In this document: positions 52,563 to 64,000 of the stretch, one piece after another
Layout of the letters: each line of letters starts with the position of its first letter
Numbering within the stretch: the stretch's first letter is position 1
Assembly: GCF_009834535.1 (NCBI RefSeq)
Contig: NC_045697.1
Coordinates: 74,960,001 to 75,024,000 of the forward strand
Source of the DNA: Camelus ferus
Lineage: Eukaryota
Direction: 5' to 3'
Length of the DNA: 64,000 nt
The notes under the pieces: model-generated
What the model was told of the DNA's origin: nothing
What the model saw: only the letters and a program-made list of their open reading frames with translations
Database searches by the model: none
Position numbers and translations under genes: made by a program

Positions 52563-53729
52563 TACTTACTTACTCAAGTAAGCAATGGACATGACTACTA
52601 GAAACTCCAGTGATTCTCTTATATTGGAGAAGTAGTACCCTGGGAATATCTTCTGGAGCAAGAAGTGTCTCAACTTTTGTCTCAAGTAGGACTGCAATGA
52701 TATGAGGGTATATTTGGGGGCAAACATCATGGCTCACTGGAATATTGACAGTGTGCTTCTTTGTTTGCCAGATGTGGTTATGGTCTGGCAAAGATTGCAC
52801 ATCTGTCAAACAAAAACTTTATTTGAGAGAGTGGAACCAGAGCATAGATATATACTAGTAACCAGATATCCGGCTTCCCAAAGAATTGCACAGGAAAGAC
52901 AAACATCTGGGATTTCCATTGTGCGATGTGCTTATACTGCACTCCAAAACAACCACAAAGACCACAGCATTAGATTGTGACAGCTCTTGAAATTTAACTC
53001 TCTCTACTAATAAACATCAATTTTTAACAACCAAGTGTTTTTTTAAAGTGCTTGTAATAAACAAGTGTGAACATTAATGTTCTCAGTTTAAGCCTAATAG
53101 TGTATATATAATTCAACCACCAAGCAAGTGGTGTTCCTGAAACTGATTCTGCAAAATGAGTGAAAATTAAGTGAATGTGAAGAAGAGTATTAAGGAAAGT
53201 CAGATAGTAGTTACAGTAGATGTGGTAAAGACAGTAGAAACAGACATAAAAATAGAAATTCCTTGTATGGAGTACCAGGTAATGATGTTTAGAGAAACCC
53301 TGAAATGTGAAGATACTTATAATCGTAGTCCTAAAAACATTTTTCTTGAACTTGGCTGGTCACATTAGTGGCTTGGATTTTATCAGGTATGAATTACCTC
53401 AGTATCCTATTCCTCTAATTTTATTTTTATCTTTATCATTTTCTTCTACCCTCCCTTTGCAAGGGAAGAAACGTATAGAGTAATACCATCACCTGAGGCA
53501 ATCCCCTCATGTCCCCTCCTAGTCAATTCCTATACAATGTATATTGAGTTCTTACACCTCTGGGTCTGTTCCTGTGGGCTCTCTCAGGCATATTCCTCTG
53601 CTAGGTGAACTCCTAATCATCTTTTAGGGGTCCAGCTCCAATATCATCTTTTCTGTAAATAATATTTCCCCTTTCCTAACTTTGAGAAGGAATCCTTTCT
53701 TTTTCGTGTCCTCATAACATTTTGTTACC

Positions 53730-53862
53730 ATTAGCATTTTCACTTGGGAAACTACTAAAAATGCAAATCCTCAGACCTCACCTAAGTCCTACTGAATCAG
53801 AAACTATGGGGATGGGACCCTACAAGGTGTTTGTGATGCACCCTCAAGTTTGAGAACCACTA
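53730..53862. mobile_element. MER5A-like hAT-Charlie MITE
   Basis: aaatgcaaatcctcagacctcacctaagtcctactgaatcagaaactatgggg...tcaagtttgagaaccact. Confidence 0.8.
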
Positions 53863-55605
53863 TTTTAGAGCTCTGTGGCTTTGCAAAAGTAGTTTAATTT
53901 CTCTGAGCCTCAGTTTCATTATCTATGTAAAATGGGAATATCATCACATCTTTGTAGTTACAGGTATGAGAGATAATGTATTAGGTAAATAGTAGATGGC
54001 AAAACTATTATATTACTTATTAATGTGTCATTGAGGTTTTTAGATGGTTTCCCAAATCAAGTAGTTCAAGAATCATTGATAATGGGTGAATGATTTTATA
54101 ATCCTTTCTAAATGCACAAAATATCACACCATAAATGAATGATAAATTCAACTTCTGTATAGCAGAAACTCCATAAATAAATGCAAAAAATTAACTTTGT
54201 ACTGGTCATATTCCATTAGAGTTAAGTTGTGTGTCCCTTGGAGTAAAGTCTGTGTCCCCTAAAAGACCAATGCTTAGTGTAGAACCTAGTGCATGGTAGG
54301 TAGATAATCTATAAATATCTGTAGAATGAAAATATAGATAAAAATAATGACATGAATTATTTGTTGATTCCAGCTTGATTATCTTTATCACAGAGTCTTA
54401 CAAATTATTTAGTGTCTTTTGAAGATTCATGGAAGATCACCATTGCTTTGGGAATTGCTGCCATTTCCACTTACATGCTTAAGTACTAAAACGTGCTCCC
54501 ACATCCTGTTTTCTCTTGCAACTCCCTCACGACACTTTGGGATTTCCTAAAGGGAGCCAGCCATAGGAGTTTGCTCCAACTTGACTGCATTTAAGGTAGC
54601 TGACATAAGGCAGGGCCCCAATGGAGGTGATAAGTTGGGATGTGAGATGCACGTATTACTGCTCTTTCTCTTCCTCCTGCTTTAACTTTCTAAATGTGGG
54701 ATAACCCACAGAAAACTGGGAGCATAATTCAGCATTATGAATGTCCACCAACTTGTGTGAGAGTTAAGAGTCCTCCTCCATTTGGGTGTACTAGTACTCC
54801 TAGTTAGATAATTGTGTATGTCATTTCAGCTAAAATAATAATAAACAATTAAAAACTATATAGCTATATGAGGAGGGTACTTATTATCTGGTTTTTCTAA
54901 CAAGGAAGGTTACCGAGGTCTTTCAGTTTGTGTTGGGAATTTGAGAGTGGAGTCCTTTCCTTGAGTTTTAAAGTCTTCTTTACAAAAAACCTTTCCTTGT
55001 ATTATATTTTTGGTATTTTTCTCTGGGAGACTGATGATCATCATAAAGACAGACTGTGCCATAAGAGGGTAGGGGAGGGAAGATTAACCCTAACTAGGGA
55101 GATTGGGGTAAACTTTTTGGAGGAGTTTTTGTTGGGGTTGTTTTGTTTTTGTTTGTTTGTTTGTTTGTTTGTGGACTGCCAAGTATGGATAATTATTCAG
55201 CCAACAGATTTAAGAGGAAACTGAAATTGAGCAGAGGAAAGAGTGTGAGGAAAATCGTGGAGAGAGATAGCAGGGTGTGCTAAGGAACAGTGAATAGTGT
55301 AGTGATGGGGATGGGGCAGGTGTACCAGATGATCAGATTGGAAAGTTGGCTGTGTCAGATTGAAAAAGGCTTTCCTTACAAATTTACAAACATGTACTCC
55401 ATAAACAATGAGGAGCCACCAACAGCCTGACCTAGTGTCCTGAAAGTCAAGAAGGAGCTTTCCTTCCTAACAGTTTTTCAACTTCAGTTCATCCTAAACT
55501 TCTGTTCTTATGTCTCTGAGCCTTGAATGAACTTTTTTCACATGAGATGGTTTGGGTGAATTTCTATTCTTGCCAAAATGAACAGAAATGTTTTGCTTAG
55601 GATAT

Positions 55606-56043
55606 TGTGATGAATAATTTTTTGTGTCAGCTTGACTGGCCTAAGGGATACTTAGATAGCTGGTAAAACATTATTTCTGGGTGTGTCTCTGAGGGTGTTT
55701 TGGGAAGAGATTAGCATCTGAATCAATAGACTGAGTAAAGAAGACTCACACTCACCAGTGTGGGTGGGCATCATTCAAACCATTTAATGGCTACAGTAGA
55801 ACGAAAAAGAAGAGGAAGGGCGAATTCTCTCTTGAGCTGGGGCATCCATCTTCTCCTACCCTGGAATATTGGAGCTCCTGGTTCGCAGGCCTTTAGACTC
55901 AGACCAGCATTTACATTATTAGCTCGGCAGATCATGAGCCCTCTGAGCCTCCATATTGGTGTGAGCCAGGTCCGGGAATATATCTTCTCTTATGCACACA
56001 TATCCTGTTGATTCTGTTTCTGTAGAGAATCCTGACTAATACA
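55606..56043 (+). mobile_element. MLT2-like ERVL solo LTR
   Basis: tgtgatgaataattttttgtgtcagcttgactggcctaagggata...ttctgtttctgtagagaatcctgactaataca. TSD gatat/catat. Confidence 0.88.
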
Positions 56044-56139
56044 CATATTATGCATATGAGATGATCCATTTTTTCTGTAACAACTCATATTTCTCTGGTT
56101 TCCTTCTTAGTAAAAGTATATTGATCAAGCACACTGACT

Positions 56140-56350
56140 CGAGTTAAAATGTCAGTGTTCAAATCGTGACCTACAACTTCCCTTGAATAAGTCACCTAGC
56201 TTCTCTGTGCCTCAGTTTCCTCATTTGTAGATGCAGTTTTAATGATTCTTACTTCCTAGGGTTATTGTGAAACTTTTAAAATTTATTCTATGTTGAAATA
56301 TTAGAAAAATGCCTAGTCCATAGAAACTTTTGATTAAGTGTTAGCTATTA
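56140..56350 (+). mobile_element. MIR SINE
   Basis: ccttgaataagtcacctagcttctctgtgcctcagtttcctcatttgtagatg. Confidence 0.8.
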
Positions 56351-58219
56351 TAATTTAAGGCTTCCAAAAGAACCTATATTTGAAAAGAAATGATCCTGGA
56401 AGAATATTTGTAAAATAAGATTTTTCTTTCTTTTAACTTGTTCTGAACCAGGTAACTATTATATTTTGAACTAAGGCACTGTGGTAAAAGACATTCCCAC
56501 AAGAGACAGAAGGATGGTGTGCTTGGGATAAGAAGCAGGGAGGTGGAGGGATGTAACCATGAAAGAAAGAGTGCTTCAGAGACATTTTTTTTTCCCCAAG
56601 GAGGAAACAAACCCCATATGTAATGTTTTGAAATGTGCAGGTGTTAGATTATATTTTTATTATATAATTACACTGTCTTGAAGCTGGAATAAATTGCTTT
56701 GGTTGCTCATTTGTTTGTAAAAGAATCATATCAACAGCACCTCTGAAATACCTTCAGGTGTGTCTGAAGGACATCATTCTGTGAAAATTCTAAGACTGGT
56801 TCTATATTATGTGATGTTTGGAAAAAGAGGAAAAGACCCTCTGGATCCACTGACCTTCCAAAGTACCTCCTGACCACTTTGCATTTTAAACTGTTTAAAG
56901 ATTTCTTTCTTTTTGGCATAATTCTATCCAAAAAGTATGAGCATCTTATGCTCCTTCAATTGTCAGTGTTTCTTATTCAAAAAGAAAGACCAGTTAGTTA
57001 AAGTGCCTTGCAAACAAGAAAAATAATTAGTGTGTTTTAGCTTCATTTTTATAAAGATTCTTCAGTTCTAGTTTTTCAGTCCTTTCATATATTTGCCAGA
57101 TTACCTTGGAAATTCATCCCCATCTCATCCCCATCCATACAACCACAATTTCTGGTAGTTTTTACTATAGCAGTAATTTTTGACAGCCATGAGTCAGTCA
57201 TAGAGTTCTGAGACATTCTGCATCAGTTGATTAGTGTCTGAGTTTGATGTTAGCCATCTGCATGTGAATGGGGACTGATTTTTCTGTCTTTAGTACAGAT
57301 GTTTTCCTGGACTGCTAAAATGGACAGTTTTGCTTTTGCTTTATTATTATTATGATTATTTTATTTTTAGTTAAATGATTACTCACAGATTGTTAATGCA
57401 AAACTGTGAGGCGATATGCCAAAAAAAAAAAACCAAGCAAAGATCTAATTCATTTAATATATTCCTACTCATGGTGGCTAGAAAAACACATAGTGTAACC
57501 TCAACATTTATGGAATGGTCATGTAAATGAAATGTTTAACAAAACCTATAAAACGAGATACCCATACTCATAAATGAATTACTTCAGAAGATAATTTAAA
57601 ATCTTTCTGCCTCTCATTTATTATGAAGTAATTTGAACCATTTCTTTAGATAATTTTACTTCTTTTGAAATGGGTACATGTCTATTGAATTTGAATTAAA
57701 TCACAGGAGAAAGAGTTATTATAACCTTTTCAGGTAGTTTATTGCCAGTATTAAAATATTTGGAGATAGCATTTCAAAGAGCATGGGCAGAATCTGTTCC
57801 CTTTAAGTCTTCTATGGGCTCTTTGATATTATGAATGCTACCTTATCTTTATACCCCTATCTGTGTGCACAGTGTCTGCCACAATTTATACTCTCGGTAT
57901 ATGTAAAATAATAGAATTATTGATATAATAAGCATACTGTGAAATTAGGTAATAAAAAACTTCTTTTGAACCTTCACACCTAGCTAATTCTGCTTTTAAA
58001 CTGTAGATATAGATTGAAGATAAGGAATTAATCAGTTTGGAAAAAACCTCTCTATGATATCTTTGTTTTATCTGCTAAAAGTGAATAAAACACGTGACTG
58101 TGAAGCAAAACCTTAGATAGAAAATAAAACCATTAGGTATACACAGAGAAGATGTGCTATACATGAAAAGGCTGGGTTGTTTTTTATTTTTTAAGAATGA
58201 TTAGATGTAAAATTTCATA

Positions 58220-60480
58220 ATTTCCTTTCTTTGCTCTTGGGGAAATATTTCGGTATACAGTTGCAGGACTGTATGGTAAGTGCATGCTTTACTTTTTAAG
58301 ACACTGAAAAACTATTTTCCAAAGAATTTGTGTCATTTTACAATCCTGCCAGCAATTTATGAAAGTTCCAGTTGCTCCACATCAATATTCGCTGTTATCA
58401 GTCTTCTAAATTTTAGTCTTGTTGAAGTTTTTATTTGGCATTTCTCTAATAAGCAGTGATGATGACATCTTTTCATATGCCTTTTTGTCATTTGTATATC
58501 ATCATTTGTAACATTTCTGTTCAATTTTTTGCCCATTTTCAATTTGTTAATCTCTTTTTGAGCTTTGCAATTTATTTATATATTCTGGATAGAAGTCCTA
58601 TGTCAGGTATATGAACTGTAAATATTTTCTCCTACTCCGTGACTTTATTTTAATTGTTTTAATTGTTTCTTTGGAAGACAGAATGTTAAAATTATAGTTA
58701 TTCCAATTTATCATTTTTTACTTTCTTATTGGTACTTTACGTTGACCTATTTCTGGAAATTTTGCCTACCATGAAGATTTTCTCCTTTGCTTTCTTCTAA
58801 AAGCTTTGTAGCTTTAAGTTTCATTTTTAGCTCAGTAATATGTCTCAAGGTACTTTTGTCTATGATGTGTGAGTTAAATTCTGAGGTTTAGTTTTTGCAC
58901 ATTGATATCCAATTGTTCTAGAACTATTTGTTGTAAAATCTATCCTTTGCCCCATTGAGTTACCTTGTCACATTTGTATAATATCAGTTGACTTTACAAG
59001 AATGTGTCCATTTTTGGACTCCCTAGTCTGTATCATTGCTACGTCTATCAGTATCAATTGTCTTATTATTGTGCTCTCATAGTAAGTTCAAAAGTTGGTA
59101 GTAGAAGTCCTGCAACTTTTTTTTCAGAATAGTCCTTTGGATTTCCTTATCTATTTTAGAATCAGCATATCAGTTTCTCTGAAAAAATCTGATAAGATTT
59201 TGATTGGGATTGCATTGAATCTATAGATTAATTAGAAAAGATTTTCCATCTTAAAAATAATCACTCCTTTAATTCATGAATATAATTTTTAGAACTTTAA
59301 TTTTTGTTATCAGTACTAGCTTTAGGTTTACAGATCTTGCGCCTATTTTCTTAAATTTAGTGTATTTAATTATTTTATGAAAAATGGAATTCAGAAAATT
59401 TTATTTTCTAATTGATAATTAGCAGAAATACAACTGATTTTTATATATTGACCATGTATCTTGCTCTTTCTAAATCACTTATTAGTTCTAGTAGTAGATT
59501 CCTTAGGATTTTCTACATACTCAAATATGTTGTCTGAGAATAAACACTGTTTTACTTTTTCCTTTCTAATTGGCATGCATTTAAAGATGCATTTTCACTG
59601 TCTTCTAGCTTGAAGAATTGCTGACAAAAATTATTTGTTTATTATCTTTGTTTGCATGTAATGTATATCTTTTTGTCGTAACTACTTTAATTTTTTTTCT
59701 TTATTACTGGTCTCTAGTAATATGATTTTGGTGTATCTTGTCTGGATTTTCTTTATGTTTATCCATTTTTAGGTTTGATGATTGTTTTGCATCTCTGGTT
59801 TATAGTTCTTAGTAATTTGAAACATTTTGACCATATTTTTTGTTGTTGTTCAACAGGTCACTGTGTCTCTGTTGAATTTTTTATCTTCTTTTTCTTTTTT
59901 GGGCTTTCTGTTTTCTCTGTTGCTATAACTTCAAGTTCACTGAACTTTTCTCTGCAGTGTCTAATCTGCTTTTAAACTCATACAGTGAAGCTATCATTTC
60001 AGATTGTATTTCTCATCTCTAAAATTTCCATTTTGTTTTTATATCTTTTGTTTCTTTCATCACTGTTTTATGTTTTTCTTTAATCCTTGAACATGCAGAG
60101 CATATTTATATAGCTTTGTTTTTAAAGTTCTTATCTGTTAATTTTATAATTTTTGAGTTTGTTTTTATTGACTAAAATTTCTCCTGGCTTATGGGTCATA
60201 CTTGCCGGCTTCCTGGCATATGTAGACACTGGATATTATTAATGTTACATTATTAACTGTCCAGATCTTCTTACCTTTCTTTGAAGAATGTTGGGCTTTG
60301 CTCAGTCAAACAATTAAGTGACTTAGAAATTAACTTGATCATTTCGGTATCAGTCCTGTCCTGTCCTCTAATGAGAGCAGGGTTTTCTTCCTTTCATGTG
60401 TTTTGTTTAGGTTTATAGTTTGTTTATAGCTGGAGGGTAAGTCTAGGGACTATTTATCTATAGCCAGATACAAATATCCT
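58220..60480 (-). mobile_element. Old LINE-1 fragments
   Basis: ORF2 C-terminal remnant at 58357-58542 (KMGKKLNRNVTNDDIQMTKRHMKRC); gattttgattgggattgcattgaatctatagat. Confidence 0.8.
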
Positions 60481-62659
60481 GCTTATTAGATTTTACTGAA
60501 AAAACATTTGACATATTTTGGTATTTTTTCCTTTTAAATAGGTTCTATATTGGTTATTCTATTATAAAATAGTTTTTTTCATAAAAATTGATTATAAATT
60601 AGATTTGTTCTTTAGGGTGGGGATAATAGTTTAGATTTCTCCTTTTCCCGATATGATCACATTTCAATATTGCATCTCTAAATGACATGAATTGGAATTT
60701 TGAATGTTCTAGATTCCTCAGTTACTCATTTGTCATTTTGGTTATTTCTTTAGGTAGTCAATTTTGTTATTTAAAAGTATTTTATCAGTTTAGTTTTCAG
60801 GAGGTGAGTTTCCACACCCCCCACCCCAGTTCTTTTCCAAGCAAGGGAAGTGGTGACTTGTCAACTGCTTTCAGGTTCAGTTTGTCTAAACATCTTTACT
60901 GCAAAGCTTCTTAAGTCATGGTAAAGCCTCCTTTGTCTGGGAAAAGTTGTGAAATGTTTTTGAGTGCTACCTAGAAATTATTTTTGATACATGAGAAGAG
61001 GTAATCTTGCATAAGCATCTTTGGTTTTGGGATTTTATTTTTAGGATTTCTGGAAGCAGAAAATTTTAAGTCAAGATTATCAGAAAGTTCTTATTGGTAC
61101 CCCACTATGTGTAGGGTAAATATCATTTTATGATGTATTGCAATTTCTCCTTTGTCATATCTCCCAGAAAAGCATCTAGTGCTCATTGGTGAGTGACTTA
61201 GACTAGAATAAGTCCCCTGTTTTCTCTCCCAGGAGTGCCTATTAAGTCTGCTGGGTCTCAGATCAGGAAGAAGGGCTATGTGTATTGGTACGTCTTATCC
61301 ATGAAAAGGTGAATCCTGCAGAACAGAGACCTCATTGAAGACTGACATGTCGTGGTTGGTTATGACAAATCACGAGGAATTTGAGATTAAGGTAACTTTG
61401 ACTTTCACTTGAGAGGCTTACCCTTACTTAATACTTGGTGGTACTGGAGGTGAAGATAACACTTACCATACTTGATCCATTTTTTGAAAATATTTGTTCA
61501 AAATTTTACCAAATTTTAGTTTAAAAAATTTAAACTCTGGATTTTCCCAAGCTCCATTATATGCTTCTTAGATCCCTGTGGCCAAAACTGTAATACATCA
61601 GTCTTGCTTTGTATTCATCATGATTTTGCATGAAGGTAGAATACTTTTTGTTAAGTTTACAGTGACTGAGCTGATGATTTCCAACCATTTGAGAGTTATT
61701 TTGTCTCTAAGAGCTTAGATTCTTTCAGGGAAATAAGAAATTATTTACTATATTTTTTCACAGGGAACACAGCTAAGAAGTTAGAGCCTATCATTATTTT
61801 AAGTAGAATTTAGCCATTTTTCCCCAAATGTAAACCTTACTTTGCCCATCCTCAGTGTCATCTGTGGCTGTTCAGTGCATTCATCTACCCACATGAACTA
61901 CAAAATGGTTATTTCACCATCTGAAGTAGCTAAGTATCATGTGTGAATGTGGAAATTACTAATAACTTTTCTTTCTCCTTTCTTATTATTAAAAAAAATT
62001 TACCTAAGATTGTGAGAAGAAATTCACTACAGTTCTCTATGCAAAATGCTTATTTTATCCTATTCTTGTTTTCCTTATAGCTATTTTAACTAGGGTAAAT
62101 AATTTTGTTTTCCAGTTGTACAGAGACAGATATTTTTCCTATAGTTTTTTTTTTTAGGAATGCACATAAATAAGAAAATCACTTCTAGTGGCTTTATATT
62201 GTCCTACTACATTTTTACCTCCTTAAGTTTCTGAATATTTGTAACATACTTACAGGTTAGTTGGAAATAGTTTCTGAAGAATGCCAGTTGCCTTTTCCCT
62301 ATAAGATACTTCTTTCTTAGATGTTCAAAAGGCTTATGCCTTCATTTCTGTCTTCCTGGCATGGGAATGAATCGTCCTGTACTTTTCAGGGTCATATCCT
62401 GAGTCATTTTTGTAAATGACAGATCACAAAGTCTATCTACTAGTCAACATCAGTTCTACAGTTTTATGCTTGAGTTGTTTCAAAATTGGACATATCTGTG
62501 ATCTTGGTATTTGTCCATACCTGATTTTTATCAGTTAGGTCTGCTCTCTCTTGTGTATTTACCACTATTATATTTAACATCTCTACCTTTGCACCTTTAA
62601 TGTAAAGGTCAGAAATTTTGAGGAATGGATATTTGCACAAGATTAAAAATTGGGACAGA

Positions 62660-62925
62660 CTAGATACCTCTGACTTTTTAGACTATACCATGGTGAAAAA
62701 TACATTTTACATCACAACTCCAGACAGAAACACATGCATACACACACATGGATGAAATGAAGCATGATTTCATTAAACTATCCTTGCCCTTACTATATAT
62801 GACCTATATGACACACTCAGATGTTCTCTCATATTATTTTATTAAAAAATGCTGGTCTCATGTAGATTGATTTCATGAGCTGTTTGATTTCATGCAAACA
62901 GCTTAAAAAAACATTTGTCTAGACA
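62660..62925. mobile_element. Probable hAT-Charlie (MER58-like) fossil
   Basis: aaaaatacattttacatcacaactcca...acacacac...tgatttcatg...cagcttaaaaaaacatt. Family assignment uncertain. Confidence 0.4.
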
Positions 62926-62992
62926 ACAGTTAAGGTTATTTATAATTATGGAATGCTGTCAGTCTGTGGTAAAGGACTTTTTAAGTTGGGCT

Positions 62993-63088
62993 ATTTTTTT
63001 TATTATGGTAAAATTCACATAACATAAAATATACCATTTTAACTATTAAAACATATAATTCAGTGGCATTTAATACACTCACATTGTG
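62993..63088 (-). mobile_element. LINE-1 3' terminus
   Basis: ttattatggtaaaattcacataacataaaatataccattttaactatt...aattcagtggcatttaatacactcacattgtg. Confidence 0.75.
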
Positions 63089-64000
63089 AATGCCTCTGTT
63101 CAACTTTGTTCAAGCAACTTCTTCCTGAAAATAGCTTCCAGTTTTCTTTCATGGTTTCCTCTTCCAGGCTTCTTCAAACCTTCCCACTTCAGTTTAACTG
63201 CCCTTATCAGGGCTTGAAGTGATTCCAAATAAACTTGTAAGTACATCTGGAAAGATAACAGAGTAACATGTAGATCTCTGGATAAATTTGTGGCTAAGGA
63301 AGCAAGTAGGGCTAAATATGTAAGACCGGACATGGTGTGTCCACAGAGATTTCTCAGGACAGCACCATACTGTTCTCATAATGCCGCTTAAGAAGCATGA
63401 AGAAATATGTCTGAGGAAAGGAATGCTTCTTTAATTATAATTCACTCCCTTTACATGAAAAGAATCAAGACACCTCATAGCATTTATGATGGACCTCTAC
63501 ACAGAGAAAAACCCACCCACTTGTCTTTATAATGGCTGGTTTTCATCAACCAAGTCTGATATTCGAATGAAATTTTCCTAGGAACTTTAAGACACTTGTT
63601 AGAGCTTGTTGGATGTCAAAGCCACATCCTGGTTTATGTGATGGCAAATGCTGGTGGATGAGGCCATGTAACAAGAGGATGGGAATGCCCTTTTACATAA
63701 TCCTCAGCAGTACACAAAATTACGTTTTTACTTATTCTATTGCTATGTGTAAATATTGTATTAAGTACTAGACATTGTATATAATGTAAGTGCTTGATGG
63801 CTTTGATTTTCTTTTCTTTTTGGCAAATATAGGCAAAAGAGGTTATTACTTTCCTTCTATCTGTAGGCTGCTTACTCTTTTCTGTACTATAAGTTCAGTA
63901 TTAGGTTTCCATAGCTTTCTTTTTATTGAAGTGTCACACTTCATTTTAACTTGAAAACCAATGTTGTGCTGTGTCTCAAAAGAAAAAAAAAAAAGCTTGA

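Noticed and set aside
52570..53368. ORFs of 65-92 aa in non-repeat sequence
   Set aside because: No recognisable protein and no convincing flanking splice sites.
63100..63379. 77-aa minus-strand ORF with a hydrophobic start, and a plus-strand AG/GT segment at 63168-63236
   Set aside because: The peptide is not recognised and the plus segment has stops in all three frames. Insufficient support.
1..64000. CRISPR arrays, operons or other prokaryote-style systems
   Set aside because: The sequence is clearly mammalian; I saw no regularly spaced repeat-spacer array or gene-dense region.

Overview
AT-rich, repeat-dense mammalian genomic DNA, probably camelid, judging from a Vic-1-like tRNA-derived SINE at ~11.1-11.2 kb. 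I could not recognise any intact protein-coding gene. The one firmly identifiable gene-derived feature is a nearly full-length processed pseudogene of the mitochondrial citrate carrier SLC25A1 on the minus strand (~20244-21793). It has a poly(A) tail, an AATAAA signal and a target-site duplication. It has lost its ATG and carries a premature stop, an in-frame 63-nt deletion and two frameshifts, and it sits inside an old MaLR LTR. The rest is mostly LINE-1 (one apparently full length, several nested or inverted), MaLR/ERVL LTR elements (one with both LTRs), MIR, L2 and DNA-transposon fossils. There is also a small non-repetitive CpG-rich promoter-like patch at ~27.9-28.3 kb and several speculative splice-site-bounded exons. 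I found no convincing evidence of a new biological system. The best leads are the retrocopy's mutational history, the orphan promoter-like element and the candidate unannotated spliced transcripts. Repeat family names come from recalled consensus sequences, not a search, and repeat boundaries are approximate.
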